DNA of 64,000 bases from Bacteroidetes bacterium GWF2_33_38 (GTDB taxonomy: Bacteria; Bacteroidota; Bacteroidia; Bacteroidales; GWF2-33-38): the NCBI GenBank assembly GCA_001769505.1, contig MEOF01000045.1, positions 42,718-106,717 on the forward strand, in the 5' to 3' direction. Within the stretch, counting starts at the first letter, position 1, and every line of letters starts with the position of its first letter. The notes under the pieces are model-generated. The model was not told the origin of the DNA. It did no database searches and saw nothing but the letters and a program-made list of their open reading frames with translations. Shown piece by piece: positions 10,352 to 19,199 of the stretch. Position numbers and translations under genes: made by a program.

Positions 10352-10669
10352 AAGTTAATTTATTAAATAATTTCTAATTTCGTAAAATGCGAAGTTACAT
10401 TGTTTATAAAAAATGTGAAATGTTTATAAACATCAAGTGATGAAAGTTTGTCTAGTTTATAAAATTGAAAGGTTGTGCTATAAATTAGTTAATTGCTTGA
10501 GCTATTTTAATTCTACTAAACAAAATATTAGCCTTCACATTAATAATATTTTCAAGTGAGGGGAATAGTTAGAAATTTCAACTGTCAAGGAATACTCGAT
10601 AGTTCAAATGGAGGGTTTAAGGAAAGTTTATTCTCGGATTTTTTACTTTAATATTGATGTAATAGGGTT

Positions 10670-10767
10670 TATACCGAATAATTTTTTAGAGAAAAATTCA
10701 AATAGTTCGACCACGTAGTGGTCATACAAATCTTTAAATTTTAGCATATAATTTCTTATTCGGTATA
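10670..10767. repeat. Nested palindromic element
   Basis: Perfect 12-bp inverted repeat TATACCGAATAA (10670-10681) / TTATTCGGTATA (10756-10767), centred on the perfect 15-bp palindrome GACCACGTAGTGGTC (10709-10723). Confidence 0.75.
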
Positions 10768-10831
10768 ATATCTAGTAATATAATTTAAGTGCAAATTTTG
10801 TCATTTCAACGATGGGAGAAATCTAAAGTAT
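10756..10831 (+). repeat. Left copy of a two-block boundary repeat
   Basis: TTATTCGGTATAAT, ~33 nt, then ATTTCAACGATGGGAGAAATCTAAAGTAT. The same blocks with similar spacing recur at 45709-45781. Confidence 0.7.
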
Positions 10832-10852
10832 TATCGAACCATTGTAATATTA

Positions 10853-10964
10853 CTATAGTTCGTTCAATTTTGCCAAAGTTGATTTTAACCAAAGTATAAC
10901 GTACTGATAATCAGCAATATATTAATTTAATGCAAGTTTTGGCAAAGTTCTTAAAATCAGAGAC
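10853..10964 (-). repeat. Double-palindrome intergenic repeat, copy B2 (inverted relative to B1 at 39441-39552)
   Basis: Its reverse complement matches 39441-39552 at ~90% over 112 nt (my hand alignment). Contains boxes AATTTTGCCAAAGTT (10866-10880) and AGTTTTGGCAAAGTT (10935-10949). Confidence 0.9.
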
Positions 10965-11291
10965 ATACAAAAATTAACCGAACTATTGTTATTAAAGAAA
11001 TGAAAAAAATAGAATTGGATATTTTGGACGAGCCTATTTTTCGAAAGAAATATTGGATTTCTACAACGCTGTTGAAATCAAAAAAGACGTTGATTTTTTC
11101 GGATGGGAAAAGCTCGACTATGTTGATGAAATCAAAAAATAATTTGGATTATAAATAAAAAAGTGCCTAAGCACGTTTTTTTTATTTGAAAAAGTTTTAT
11201 CTTGCCCTTAAATATTCCTGTTTTCAAAGGAAACTATTATATAGTTTTTGAGGTCTATACCTCAGATTAGGGATGATTAACAATTTTTTAA

Positions 11292-12500
11292 ATGGATATA
11301 TCAAAAAATTATGATTATATAATTCTTGGAGGAGGAATTATCGGCTTATCGATTGCAAAAGAATTAAATCAAAGATTTCCATCAAGTAAAATTATTGTTT
11401 TGGAAAAAGAGTCAGATGTCGCTGAGCATAGTAGCGGAAGAAATAGCGGAGTATTACATGCAGGATTTTACTATACGGCAGATTCTCTTAAAGCAAAATT
11501 TACAAAAGAAGGAAATCAACAATTAAGAGATTATTGTTATGCCAACAATTTGAAAATAAATGAATGCAAAAAAGTTGTTGTGGCACAATCCGAATCTGAA
11601 ATTTCAACAATTTATGAATTAGAAAAACGCGGTACATTGAACGGAGTTGATGTGAAAGTTATTGATTCATATGAGTTAAATCAGTTAGATGAAAATGTTG
11701 TAACCTCTCAATATGCATTATATTCGCCAAATACTGCAACAGTTGACCCAGTTGAAGTATCACAGTCGATTAAAAATAAATTGCTTTTAAATGGCGTTAC
11801 TTTTTTGTTTAACGAAGGATATAAAAAACGATTAGATGGAAACACAATTCTTACTAAGAATAATCGTGAAATAAGCGGAACAAAAATAATTAATACAGCT
11901 GGTCTTTATGCTGATAAAATTGCAAAAGATTTTGGATTTTCAGATAATTATACCATAATTCCATTCAAAGGAATTTATTTAAAATATAAAGGGGAAAATA
12001 AACCCGTAAAAATAAATGTATATCCTGTTCCAAATTTAAAAAATCCGTTTTTAGGAGTACACTATACTGTTACTGTTGATGGACACGTAAAAATTGGACC
12101 AACATCCATTCCTGCTTTTTGGAGAGAAAATTATTCGGGTTTGGGAAAATTTGATTTTAACGAACTTGTAAATATTTTGGGGTGGGAGGCAAATTTATTT
12201 TTCTCAAATTCTTTTAATTTTAGAGGATTAGCAATTGATGAGATGAAAAAATACAATAAAAATTATTTTATTAATTTAGCAACTTCAATGGTAAAAACTC
12301 TCGATAAAAAAGGGTTTAATGAATGGTGCAGACCAGGGATAAGAGCACAATTATTAAATAAAAAAACAAAAGAATTGGTTATGGATTTTGTTGTTGAAGG
12401 AGATAAAAATTCAATTCACGTACTAAATGCAGTGTCTCCTGCCTTTACCTGTAGTTTCCCATTTGCAAAATATGTAGTAGAAAAATATATAATATCATAA
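11292..12500 (+). CDS. lhgO: L-2-hydroxyglutarate oxidase-like FAD-dependent oxidoreductase
   Basis: N-terminus YDYIILGGGIIGLSIAKEL...VLEKESDVAEHSSGRNSGVLHAGFYYTADSLKAKF matches the LhgO signature. Confidence 0.7.
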   Translation: MDISKNYDYIILGGGIIGLSIAKELNQRFPSSKIIVLEKESDVAEHSSGRNSGVLHAGFYYTADSLKAKFTKEGNQQLRDYCYANNLKINECKKVVVAQSESEISTIYELEKRGTLNGVDVKVIDSYELNQLDENVVTSQYALYSPNTATVDPVEVSQSIKNKLLLNGVTFLFNEGYKKRLDGNTILTKNNREISGTKIINTAGLYADKIAKDFGFSDNYTIIPFKGIYLKYKGENKPVKINVYPVPNLKNPFLGVHYTVTVDGHVKIGPTSIPAFWRENYSGLGKFDFNELVNILGWEANLFFSNSFNFRGLAIDEMKKYNKNYFINLATSMVKTLDKKGFNEWCRPGIRAQLLNKKTKELVMDFVVEGDKNSIHVLNAVSPAFTCSFPFAKYVVEKYIIS

Positions 12501-12504
12501 ATGT

Positions 12505-13488
12505 ATGAATACAGCTAAAAAAGTGTTAGTTTCTGGTGGAGCAGGTTATATTGGAAGCGTTTTAGTAAGATTACTTCTCGAAAAAGGCTATTCTGTTAGA
12601 GTTATAGATAAGCTTAATTTTGGAGGAGAACCCATTATGGATTTACTTAATAATCCTAATTTTTCTTTTTATAAGGGAGATATTAGAAATGCTGACGATG
12701 TTTCAAAAGCAATGAAAGGAGTTGACTATGTGGCACATCTAGCAGCAATCGTTGGAGATCCCGCTTGTGCAGTAAATCCAGAATTAACAAAATCTGTTAA
12801 TTTAGACGGAGCCAAACTAATGTATCAAAAAGCAAACGAGGCTGGTGTTAAAAAATTAATTTTTTCATCAACTTGTAGCAATTATGGAAAAATGAAAGAT
12901 CCTAATAGTTTTGTAAATGAAGAATCTGAACTGGCTCCTGTTTCTTTATATGCAGAAACAAAAGTAGAATTTGAAAATTTTTTATTGTCTCAAAACAAAA
13001 GTAATATCTGTAAGCCGACTATTTTAAGATTTTCGACTGTATATGGTCTATCATTAAGACCAAGGTTCGATTTAACCGTAAATGAGTTTACAAAAGAGCT
13101 TGCAATGAATCGCGAATTAGTTGTATTTGGAGAACAATTCTGGAGACCATACTGCCACGTTGTCGATTTAGCAAGAAGTGTAATTAAGGTTATTGAAGCT
13201 GATGAACAAAATGTTGCATTTGATGTTTTTAATGTTGGTGATACAGACGAAAATTATCAAAAACAGATGATTATAAATGAGATTGTTAAAAAAATTCCCG
13301 AATCAAAAGTTAAATACGTAAGTAAAAACGAAGATCCTAGAGACTATCGCGTAAATTTTGATAAAATCAAAATAAAATTAGGATTTACTATTACAAAAAA
13401 GGTTCCTGATGGAATAGATCAAATAATTAAAGTAATAAAAGACGGATTTATTATTAACCCTGATGACCCCAAATATAAAAACACTTAA
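12505..13488 (+). CDS. NAD-dependent epimerase/dehydratase family (extended SDR) sugar-nucleotide enzyme
   Basis: GGAGYIGS Rossmann motif and catalytic S...YAETK. Confidence 0.85.
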   Translation: MNTAKKVLVSGGAGYIGSVLVRLLLEKGYSVRVIDKLNFGGEPIMDLLNNPNFSFYKGDIRNADDVSKAMKGVDYVAHLAAIVGDPACAVNPELTKSVNLDGAKLMYQKANEAGVKKLIFSSTCSNYGKMKDPNSFVNEESELAPVSLYAETKVEFENFLLSQNKSNICKPTILRFSTVYGLSLRPRFDLTVNEFTKELAMNRELVVFGEQFWRPYCHVVDLARSVIKVIEADEQNVAFDVFNVGDTDENYQKQMIINEIVKKIPESKVKYVSKNEDPRDYRVNFDKIKIKLGFTITKKVPDGIDQIIKVIKDGFIINPDDPKYKNT

Positions 13489-13499
13489 AACATATAAAT

Positions 13500-14156
13500 A
13501 TGCAATTATTTCAATTTGACACAGAGAAAATGTGGGAGTATGAAAATGGATTCTATTTAACTTCCAATGTAAGCAGAATTGGTAAATTATTAGCTCACTA
13601 TGAGTTATACAAAGAAATCAAAGAATTACCAGGACATATCCTAGAATTTGGCGTATTTAAGGGAGCTTCTTTAGTTAGATTTGCCACATTCCGTGAGTTG
13701 TTTGAAAGCCCATATTCAAGAAAAATTATTGGTTTTGATATGTTCGGTCAATTCCCAAGACAAGGAAGTGATGCTGACATAAAGTATGCAAATATGTTTG
13801 AAAATAATTCTGGAACTGGGATTTCCGAGGATGAATTACGGAATGTATTTAATTATAAAAAAATAAATAATTTTGAATTAATACAAGGCGATATTCTAAC
13901 TACTTTACCCGAATATCTAGACAAAAACCCTCAATTAAAAATTTCATTACTTCACATTGATGTAGATATTTATGAACCAACAAAAGCAATATTAGAACTT
14001 TGTTTTGATAGAGTCGTTAAAAATGGAATAATCGCATTTGATGATTATGGGACTGTTGAAGGCGAGACAAGAGCTACAGATGAATTTTTTACAAATAAGT
14101 GTATAGAAATTAAAAAGAAACCCTTTTCTCACATACCTTGTTTTATCAAAAAATAG
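13500..14156 (+). CDS. TylF/MycF-family class I SAM-dependent sugar O-methyltransferase
   Basis: EFGVFKGASL SAM motif and the HIDVDIYEPT...FDDYG metal/substrate motifs typical of macrocin-O-methyltransferase-like enzymes. Confidence 0.75.
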   Translation: MQLFQFDTEKMWEYENGFYLTSNVSRIGKLLAHYELYKEIKELPGHILEFGVFKGASLVRFATFRELFESPYSRKIIGFDMFGQFPRQGSDADIKYANMFENNSGTGISEDELRNVFNYKKINNFELIQGDILTTLPEYLDKNPQLKISLLHIDVDIYEPTKAILELCFDRVVKNGIIAFDDYGTVEGETRATDEFFTNKCIEIKKKPFSHIPCFIKK

Positions 14157-14258
14157 CTTTTAATCTTCGTTTCAAAATATCGTTACTTAAAAATTTATTA
14201 CCATTATAAATTCAATATTTAAAAGTAAAATGGAAGAATATGGAGTTCTTCATAAAAT

Positions 14259-14588
14259 TTGTTTAAAAAACATATAATAAGAAAGCATCTACATTCATCG
14301 GAAAACACCGAAAAAACAATTGTGGTATCTAAAATTATGATTGAAAAAAATAAAATTTGGTTTATCCATCGTATTTTAGAATATGGTTTATTGAGAGATT
14401 GGGTTTTTATATTAAAAAAATATGGAATAGATGAAATTGCACAAATTGCAATTAATTTGAAAGATTTAGATAAAAAAACAATATCACTAATCTCAGTTTT
14501 ATCAGGAGTTCCAAAAGAGAATTTTTTATGTTACAATACCGAAGCCTCGAACCAAAAACATTGGAATTTAAAAAAAGTTAATGAATGA
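14259..14588 (+). CDS. DUF6922-like small protein (usual partner of AbiEii-type nucleotidyltransferases), possibly degenerate
   Basis: The core ...FIHRILEYGLLRDWVFILKKYGIDEIAQIA...LDKKTISLISVLSGVPKENFLCY resembles the DUF6922 family. The ORF has only a TTG start; the first ATG is at ~14337. Confidence 0.4.
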   Translation: MFKKHIIRKHLHSSENTEKTIVVSKIMIEKNKIWFIHRILEYGLLRDWVFILKKYGIDEIAQIAINLKDLDKKTISLISVLSGVPKENFLCYNTEASNQKHWNLKKVNE

Positions 14589-14748
14589 AGAGGTTTTTTC
14601 GAACTTGAAATTTGTTGGAGGAACATCATTTGTATCGCAAATTGGAAACAGACAATCTATTGATATAAAAATATTTGAAAAGATTAGCTGGGAACAAATT
14701 AAGAAAAAAATTCTTTTGGAATTAAATTCACATATAAAATTATCATAA
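14581..14748 (+). pseudogene. 55-aa remnant resembling the N-terminus of an AbiEii/AbiGii-family nucleotidyltransferase toxin
   Basis: My hand translation: MNEEVFSNLKFVGGTSFVSQIGNRQSIDIKIF... resembles the (L/F)xGGTAL...G.R.S.DLDxF N-terminal motif. It ends after 55 aa, whereas the family is several-fold longer. Below the ORF-track size cut-off. Confidence 0.4.
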
Positions 14749-15884
14749 TGTATAGTAACATAGTTGATTTCATAAAGCAGACTTATCAAAAAGATAAGGT
14801 TATATTACACGAGCCCACATTCATTGGCAATGAAAAAAAATACGTCAACGAATGCATCGACACAACTTTTGTATCAAGCGTGGGAAAATTTGTTGATAAA
14901 TTTGAAGATTTAACAGCAGAATATACGGGAGCAAAAAAAGCGATTGTTTGTGTAAACGGAACAAATGCGTTGTATTTAGCATTGTTGCTAGTTGGGGTAA
15001 AACAAGGAGACGAAATTATAACACAACCCTTAACATTTATTGCAACAGCAAATTCCATATCGTATTGCAATGCAAACCCGATTTTTATCGACGTTGATAA
15101 AGAAACCATGGGACTAAGTCCTAAAAAACTCAACGAATTTTTATCGAAAAACACCGAAATAAAAAACAATGCTTGTTACAATTTAAAAACTAGGAAAAAA
15201 ATTGCGGCTTGTGTTCCAATGCACACTTTTGGACATCCTGCAAAAATTGATGAAATAATTGATATTTGTAATAAATATAAAATCGAAGTTGTTGAAGATG
15301 CTGCCGAAAGCATGGGCTCAACCTACAAAGGAAAACACACCGGAACATTTGGGAAATTAGGAATTTTGAGTTTCAATGGAAACAAAACCATAACTACCGG
15401 TGGCGGTGGCATGATTTTAACAAACGACGAAGAACTTGGAAAATTTGCAAAACACCTTACCACGCAATCAAAGGTTCCGCACCCATGGGAGTTCAATCAC
15501 GATAACATCGGATATAATTATCGAATGCCCAATATAAATGCAGCACTTGGCTGTGCACAAATTGAAAAGCTTGATTTTTTTATCGAAAAAAAAAGATTAC
15601 TAGCTACAAAGTACAAAGAGTTTTTTAAAAATACTTCGCTTCAGTTTTTTTCTGAACCCGAGAATTCATTTTCAAATTATTGGCTAAATGTTGTATTGCT
15701 CGAAAATAGAGAAAAACGTAACGAATTTCTCGAATTTACAAACAAAAATGGAGTGATGACTCGTCCTGCATGGACACTAATGAATAAATTACCAATGTTT
15801 CAACACTGCCAAACCGAAAATATTGAAAACGCTCAATGGTTTGAAGATAGACTTGTTAATATTCCAAGTAGTGTGATAATTTAA
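14748..15884 (+). CDS. legC: LegC-type DegT/DnrJ/EryC1/StrS aminotransferase (nonulosonic acid pathway)
   Basis: LHEPTFIGNEKKYVNECIDTTFVSSVGKFVDKFE N-terminus and the SFNGNKTITTGGGG PLP-lysine motif. Confidence 0.8.
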   Translation: MYSNIVDFIKQTYQKDKVILHEPTFIGNEKKYVNECIDTTFVSSVGKFVDKFEDLTAEYTGAKKAIVCVNGTNALYLALLLVGVKQGDEIITQPLTFIATANSISYCNANPIFIDVDKETMGLSPKKLNEFLSKNTEIKNNACYNLKTRKKIAACVPMHTFGHPAKIDEIIDICNKYKIEVVEDAAESMGSTYKGKHTGTFGKLGILSFNGNKTITTGGGGMILTNDEELGKFAKHLTTQSKVPHPWEFNHDNIGYNYRMPNINAALGCAQIEKLDFFIEKKRLLATKYKEFFKNTSLQFFSEPENSFSNYWLNVVLLENREKRNEFLEFTNKNGVMTRPAWTLMNKLPMFQHCQTENIENAQWFEDRLVNIPSSVII

Positions 15885-15908
15885 AAAATTTATTATGGTA
15901 TTTTGCAA

Positions 15909-17291
15909 ATGACCGAAAAAGAAATATTAGATATTATTAAAAGTGGAGAAAACAGTTTTGTAGAGTTTAAACTGAATTTTAACATTGATGTAATTATATC
16001 TTTATGTGCATTTGCAAACGCAAAAGGAGGTAAGGTAATTATAGGAATATCTGACATAGGCGAAGTTAGAGGAATATCAATTCATAAAGAATCATTTCAA
16101 ACTTGGTTAAACGAAATAAAATCAAAAACAATACCTTCTATTATTCCTGATATCGAAGTGGTTGATATTAATAACAAGAAAATTTTAATAATTTCGATTC
16201 CTGAATTTCCTATTAAACCTGTTTCGATGCAAGGTCGATATTTTCAGCGTAAAAACAATTCAAATCATCAACTTTCACTTAACGAAATATCTGATTTATA
16301 TATACAAAGCATGCAAATATCGTGGGACTCATATACTTATCCAAATTCTACGATTAATGACATAAACTTAAAAAAAGTTGCAGTTTTTATTAACAACGTC
16401 AATAAAATTGGTCGATTTCATATAGAAGAAATCGAGATAAAAGCCTTAGAAAAACTTGGACTGATAAAAGAAAACAAACCTACAAATGCAGGAATGATTT
16501 TATTTTCGAAAGAAAATTTACGATACAACGTTCATATTGGAAAATTTAAAACTCCCGACAAGATTATTGCAGATAAAATGATAAACGGCAATTTGTTTGA
16601 TGTGTTGGAAGAATCCTTGCAAGTTATTATAGGACATTTGAAATTTGCATTTGAAATTACAGGAAAAACTACTCAACGAACAGAAATTCCGGAATATCCC
16701 TTAAATGCAATACGGGAACTTCTCGTAAATTCACTTGTTCATAGAGATTATAAAAGTTCAATTGATATTCAAATTAAAATTTTTGATCAATCAATTAGCT
16801 TTTTCAATCCAAGCGGTTTATATGGAAATCTTAAAATTGAAGATTTGAAAACAGATAATTATCGTGCAAGTACCAGAAATAAATTAATTGCCGAAGCCCT
16901 TTATCTAACAAGCGATATTGAAAAATATGGAAGTGGTTTTATTCGTATTCGCAAAGCTATTGCCGAATACCCAACCATGAAATTTGAATATAAAGAAATT
17001 CCAAATGGTTTTTTAGCAGAATTGAATTATTCAAAACAAAAACTATCCCTTGATAATGTCGTAGATAATGTCGTAGATAATGTCGTAGATAATGTCGTAG
17101 ATAATGTCGTAGATAATGAACAAAAAATTATAGATTTACTGAAATTAAATAATAAATTATCGGCGAAACAATTATCAGAAAAATTAAACATAACCGATCG
17201 GTCAGTGCAAAGATATCTTAAAACATTAAGAGAAAAAGGAACTATTAAACGTATTGGTTCTGACAAAGGTGGTTACTGGAAAATAATTTAA
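15909..17291 (+). CDS. AlbA_2 (Schlafen-like) + RecG-C-terminal-like ATPase + C-terminal wHTH protein (COG2865-type putative regulator)
   Basis: N-terminal GENSFVEFK...AFANAKGG AlbA_2 motif. Central ...IRELLVNSLVHRDY... domain. C-terminal LSAKQLSEKLNITDRSVQRYLKTLREKG HTH. The ATG at 15909 is preferred over the TTG at 15903. Confidence 0.75.
   Translation: MTEKEILDIIKSGENSFVEFKLNFNIDVIISLCAFANAKGGKVIIGISDIGEVRGISIHKESFQTWLNEIKSKTIPSIIPDIEVVDINNKKILIISIPEFPIKPVSMQGRYFQRKNNSNHQLSLNEISDLYIQSMQISWDSYTYPNSTINDINLKKVAVFINNVNKIGRFHIEEIEIKALEKLGLIKENKPTNAGMILFSKENLRYNVHIGKFKTPDKIIADKMINGNLFDVLEESLQVIIGHLKFAFEITGKTTQRTEIPEYPLNAIRELLVNSLVHRDYKSSIDIQIKIFDQSISFFNPSGLYGNLKIEDLKTDNYRASTRNKLIAEALYLTSDIEKYGSGFIRIRKAIAEYPTMKFEYKEIPNGFLAELNYSKQKLSLDNVVDNVVDNVVDNVVDNVVDNEQKIIDLLKLNNKLSAKQLSEKLNITDRSVQRYLKTLREKGTIKRIGSDKGGYWKII
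17052..17118 (+). repeat. In-frame 12-bp tandem repeat, 5.6 copies (GATAATGTCGTA = DNVV)
   Basis: Perfect copies at 17052, 17064, 17076, 17088 and 17100, plus a partial copy. Encodes (DNVV)x5 between the ATPase-like and HTH domains. Confidence 0.97.
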
Positions 17292-17404
17292 TGAACAAAA
17301 TGAATAAATTACCAATGTTCAAACATTGTCAAACAGAAAATATTGAAAATGACGAATGGCTAGAAAATAGCCTCGTTAATATTCCAAATAGTATGATAAT
17401 GTAA
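17291..17404 (+). pseudogene. Remnant of the 3' end of a second legC allele
   Basis: 17300-17404 aligns codon for codon with 15780-15884 (88/105 nt identical, my count). It encodes MNKLPMFKHCQTENIENDEWLENSLVNIPNSMIM, against the intact C-terminus MNKLPMFQHCQTENIENAQWFEDRLVNIPSSVII. Confidence 0.8.
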
Positions 17405-17406
17405 AT

Positions 17407-17991
17407 ATGGATAAACCTAAAATAATAATATTTGGTGGTGGTGGACATTGCAAATCGTGTATTGATGTAATAGAAACAGAAAATAGATTTATAATTGCAG
17501 GAATTGTTGATATAAAAGAAAAGATTGGAGAAGAAATTTTAGGATATAAAATAATAGGATGTGATTTTGATATTCCAGAATTAATTAAGAAGTATAAAAA
17601 TGCATTGATTACAATAGGACAAATTTCATCACCAGAAAACAGAATAAGAATTTTTAATATTTTGGAAAATAATCAGGCAAACTTACCTACAATTATTTCT
17701 CCTTTTGCTTACGTGTCGAAACATACAAAAATAGGAAAAGGAACGATTGTTCTGCACCATGCACTAATATATGCAAATGCACAAATAGGAATAAACTGTA
17801 TTATTAACTCAAAGGCTCTTATTGAACAAGATGTAGAAATTGGAGATCATTGTCATATTTCAACCTCTTCTGTTGTAAATGGAGGTGTTAAAATTGGAGA
17901 TAAAGTTTTTTTTGGAAGTAATGCTGTTAGTAGGCAAGGAGTTGAAATATCGGATTATAGTTTTATAAAAGCAAATAGTATAGTAAAATGA
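17407..17991 (+). CDS. NeuD/PglD-family sugar N-acetyltransferase (left-handed beta-helix)
   Basis: N-terminal IIIFGGGGHCKSCIDV Rossmann-like motif followed by hexapeptide repeats. This is the position expected for a LegH-like step. Confidence 0.85.
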   Translation: MDKPKIIIFGGGGHCKSCIDVIETENRFIIAGIVDIKEKIGEEILGYKIIGCDFDIPELIKKYKNALITIGQISSPENRIRIFNILENNQANLPTIISPFAYVSKHTKIGKGTIVLHHALIYANAQIGINCIINSKALIEQDVEIGDHCHISTSSVVNGGVKIGDKVFFGSNAVSRQGVEISDYSFIKANSIVK

Positions 17992-18113
17992 AAAAAGTAA
18001 TCATCATAGCAGAAGCGGGAGTAAACCATAATGGATATATATTTTTTATGGCCTCTATAATGAATCTTCAATTCTCATATAAGCACGACATATCACTTCA
18101 TATTAAAAAATGA
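17988..18113 (+). pseudogene. Remnant of the 5' end of a second neuB allele (first 16 codons), fused to unrelated sequence
   Basis: 17988-18035 (MKKVIIIAEAGVNHNG) aligns with 21823-21870 (MTKVIIIAEAGVNHNG), 39/48 nt identical by my count. It keeps the ATGA overlap with the acetyltransferase stop, then diverges and stops at 18113. Confidence 0.8.
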
Positions 18114-19138
18114 ATCGAAAGACTACTTCAATAGAGCCTAACTTTTTCGCTTTTGTAAAAGAAATCAAAAGCAAGATTTTATCTTCGCAATATGAGGCTT
18201 TAAAGGCTGTAAACAAAGAGCTGATTAATCTCTATTGGGAAATTGGAAAAAAAATTGTAGAAAAACAAGAACAGTTTGGTTGGGGTAAATCGATAGTAAA
18301 AACTTTATCGAACGAATTACAAAAAGAGTTTATTGGCATCAAAGGTTTTAGTGTACAAAATCTTTGGAATATGCGACAATTTTATACTGATTATCAAAAC
18401 ACTGCAAAACTCCAGACATTGTCTAGAGAAATCGGATGGTCGCACAATGTGGTGATTTTTCAAAAATGCAAAGACGATTTCGAAAAAGAGTTTTATATAA
18501 AAATGGTAATTAAATACGGCTGGACTTATCGAGTTTTAGACCATAACATAGATCAAAAAGCATACGAAAAGTATCTGCTCAATCAAACAAATTTTGATAA
18601 TACTATTTCCGAAAAATATAAGCATCAAGCAAAATTGGCTATAAAAGATGCCTATAACTTCGATTTTCTAGAAATTGGACAAACACATAGTGAGCACGAG
18701 TTAGAAGCTGGTTTGATTGGAAAAATTAGAAATTTTCTTGCACAAATCGGCTCCGATTTTGCATTTATAGGAAATCAATACAAACTTGTAGTTGACGATG
18801 AAGAATATTTTATAGATTTGCTTTTGTATCATCGGCGTCTTAAATCACTTATAGCTATCGAATTAAAAGTGGGCAAATTTAAACCTGAGTATTCTGGAAA
18901 AATGAATTTTTACTTGACAGCTCTTAACGAAACCATAAAACTACCTGACGAAAATCCATCAATTGGCATCATTATTTGTAAAGAGAAAAAAAGAACAACC
19001 GTTGAATATGCACTAAAAGATAGCAATCAACCCATTGGAGTTGCCACTTACAAATTAACAGAGTCATTACCCAATGAACTTCGCGACTTGCTCCCAAGTA
19101 CTAGAGAGATAATTCAAAAATTAGAAAATATAATGTAG
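18110..19138 (+). CDS. DUF1016/YhcG-family PDDEXK nuclease-fold protein
   Basis: DUF1016 N-terminal region (YWEIGKKIVEKQEQFGWGKSIV). C-terminal PDDEXK-like core (FIDLLLYHRRLKSLIAIELKVGKF). Confidence 0.8.
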   Translation: MNRKTTSIEPNFFAFVKEIKSKILSSQYEALKAVNKELINLYWEIGKKIVEKQEQFGWGKSIVKTLSNELQKEFIGIKGFSVQNLWNMRQFYTDYQNTAKLQTLSREIGWSHNVVIFQKCKDDFEKEFYIKMVIKYGWTYRVLDHNIDQKAYEKYLLNQTNFDNTISEKYKHQAKLAIKDAYNFDFLEIGQTHSEHELEAGLIGKIRNFLAQIGSDFAFIGNQYKLVVDDEEYFIDLLLYHRRLKSLIAIELKVGKFKPEYSGKMNFYLTALNETIKLPDENPSIGIIICKEKKRTTVEYALKDSNQPIGVATYKLTESLPNELRDLLPSTREIIQKLENIM

Positions 19139-19199
19139 TATGCTGTATTTTGTAACATATATTTAATTACGGGTTTAAAAAAAACATACGTTGCTGAGA

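Noticed and set aside
10592-10605. A 14-nt match (TGTCAAGGAATACT) to the reverse complement of 34378-34391, inside a hairpin of the RhuM-family gene, as a possible RhuM fragment
   Set aside because: By my rough estimate, dozens of 14-mer matches are expected by chance in 64 kb of this AT-rich composition. The translated flank does not resemble RhuM.
11000-11158. 52-aa ORF (MKKIELDILDEPIFRKKYW...) directly after the CGAACTATTG tail, followed by a weak hairpin plus T-run
   Set aside because: It is too short, with no recognisable family. An alternative frame reads more protein-like (ILDFYNAVEIKKDVDFFGWEKLDYVDEIKK) but lacks a start codon. It is probably a gene fragment or leader, not a confident CDS.
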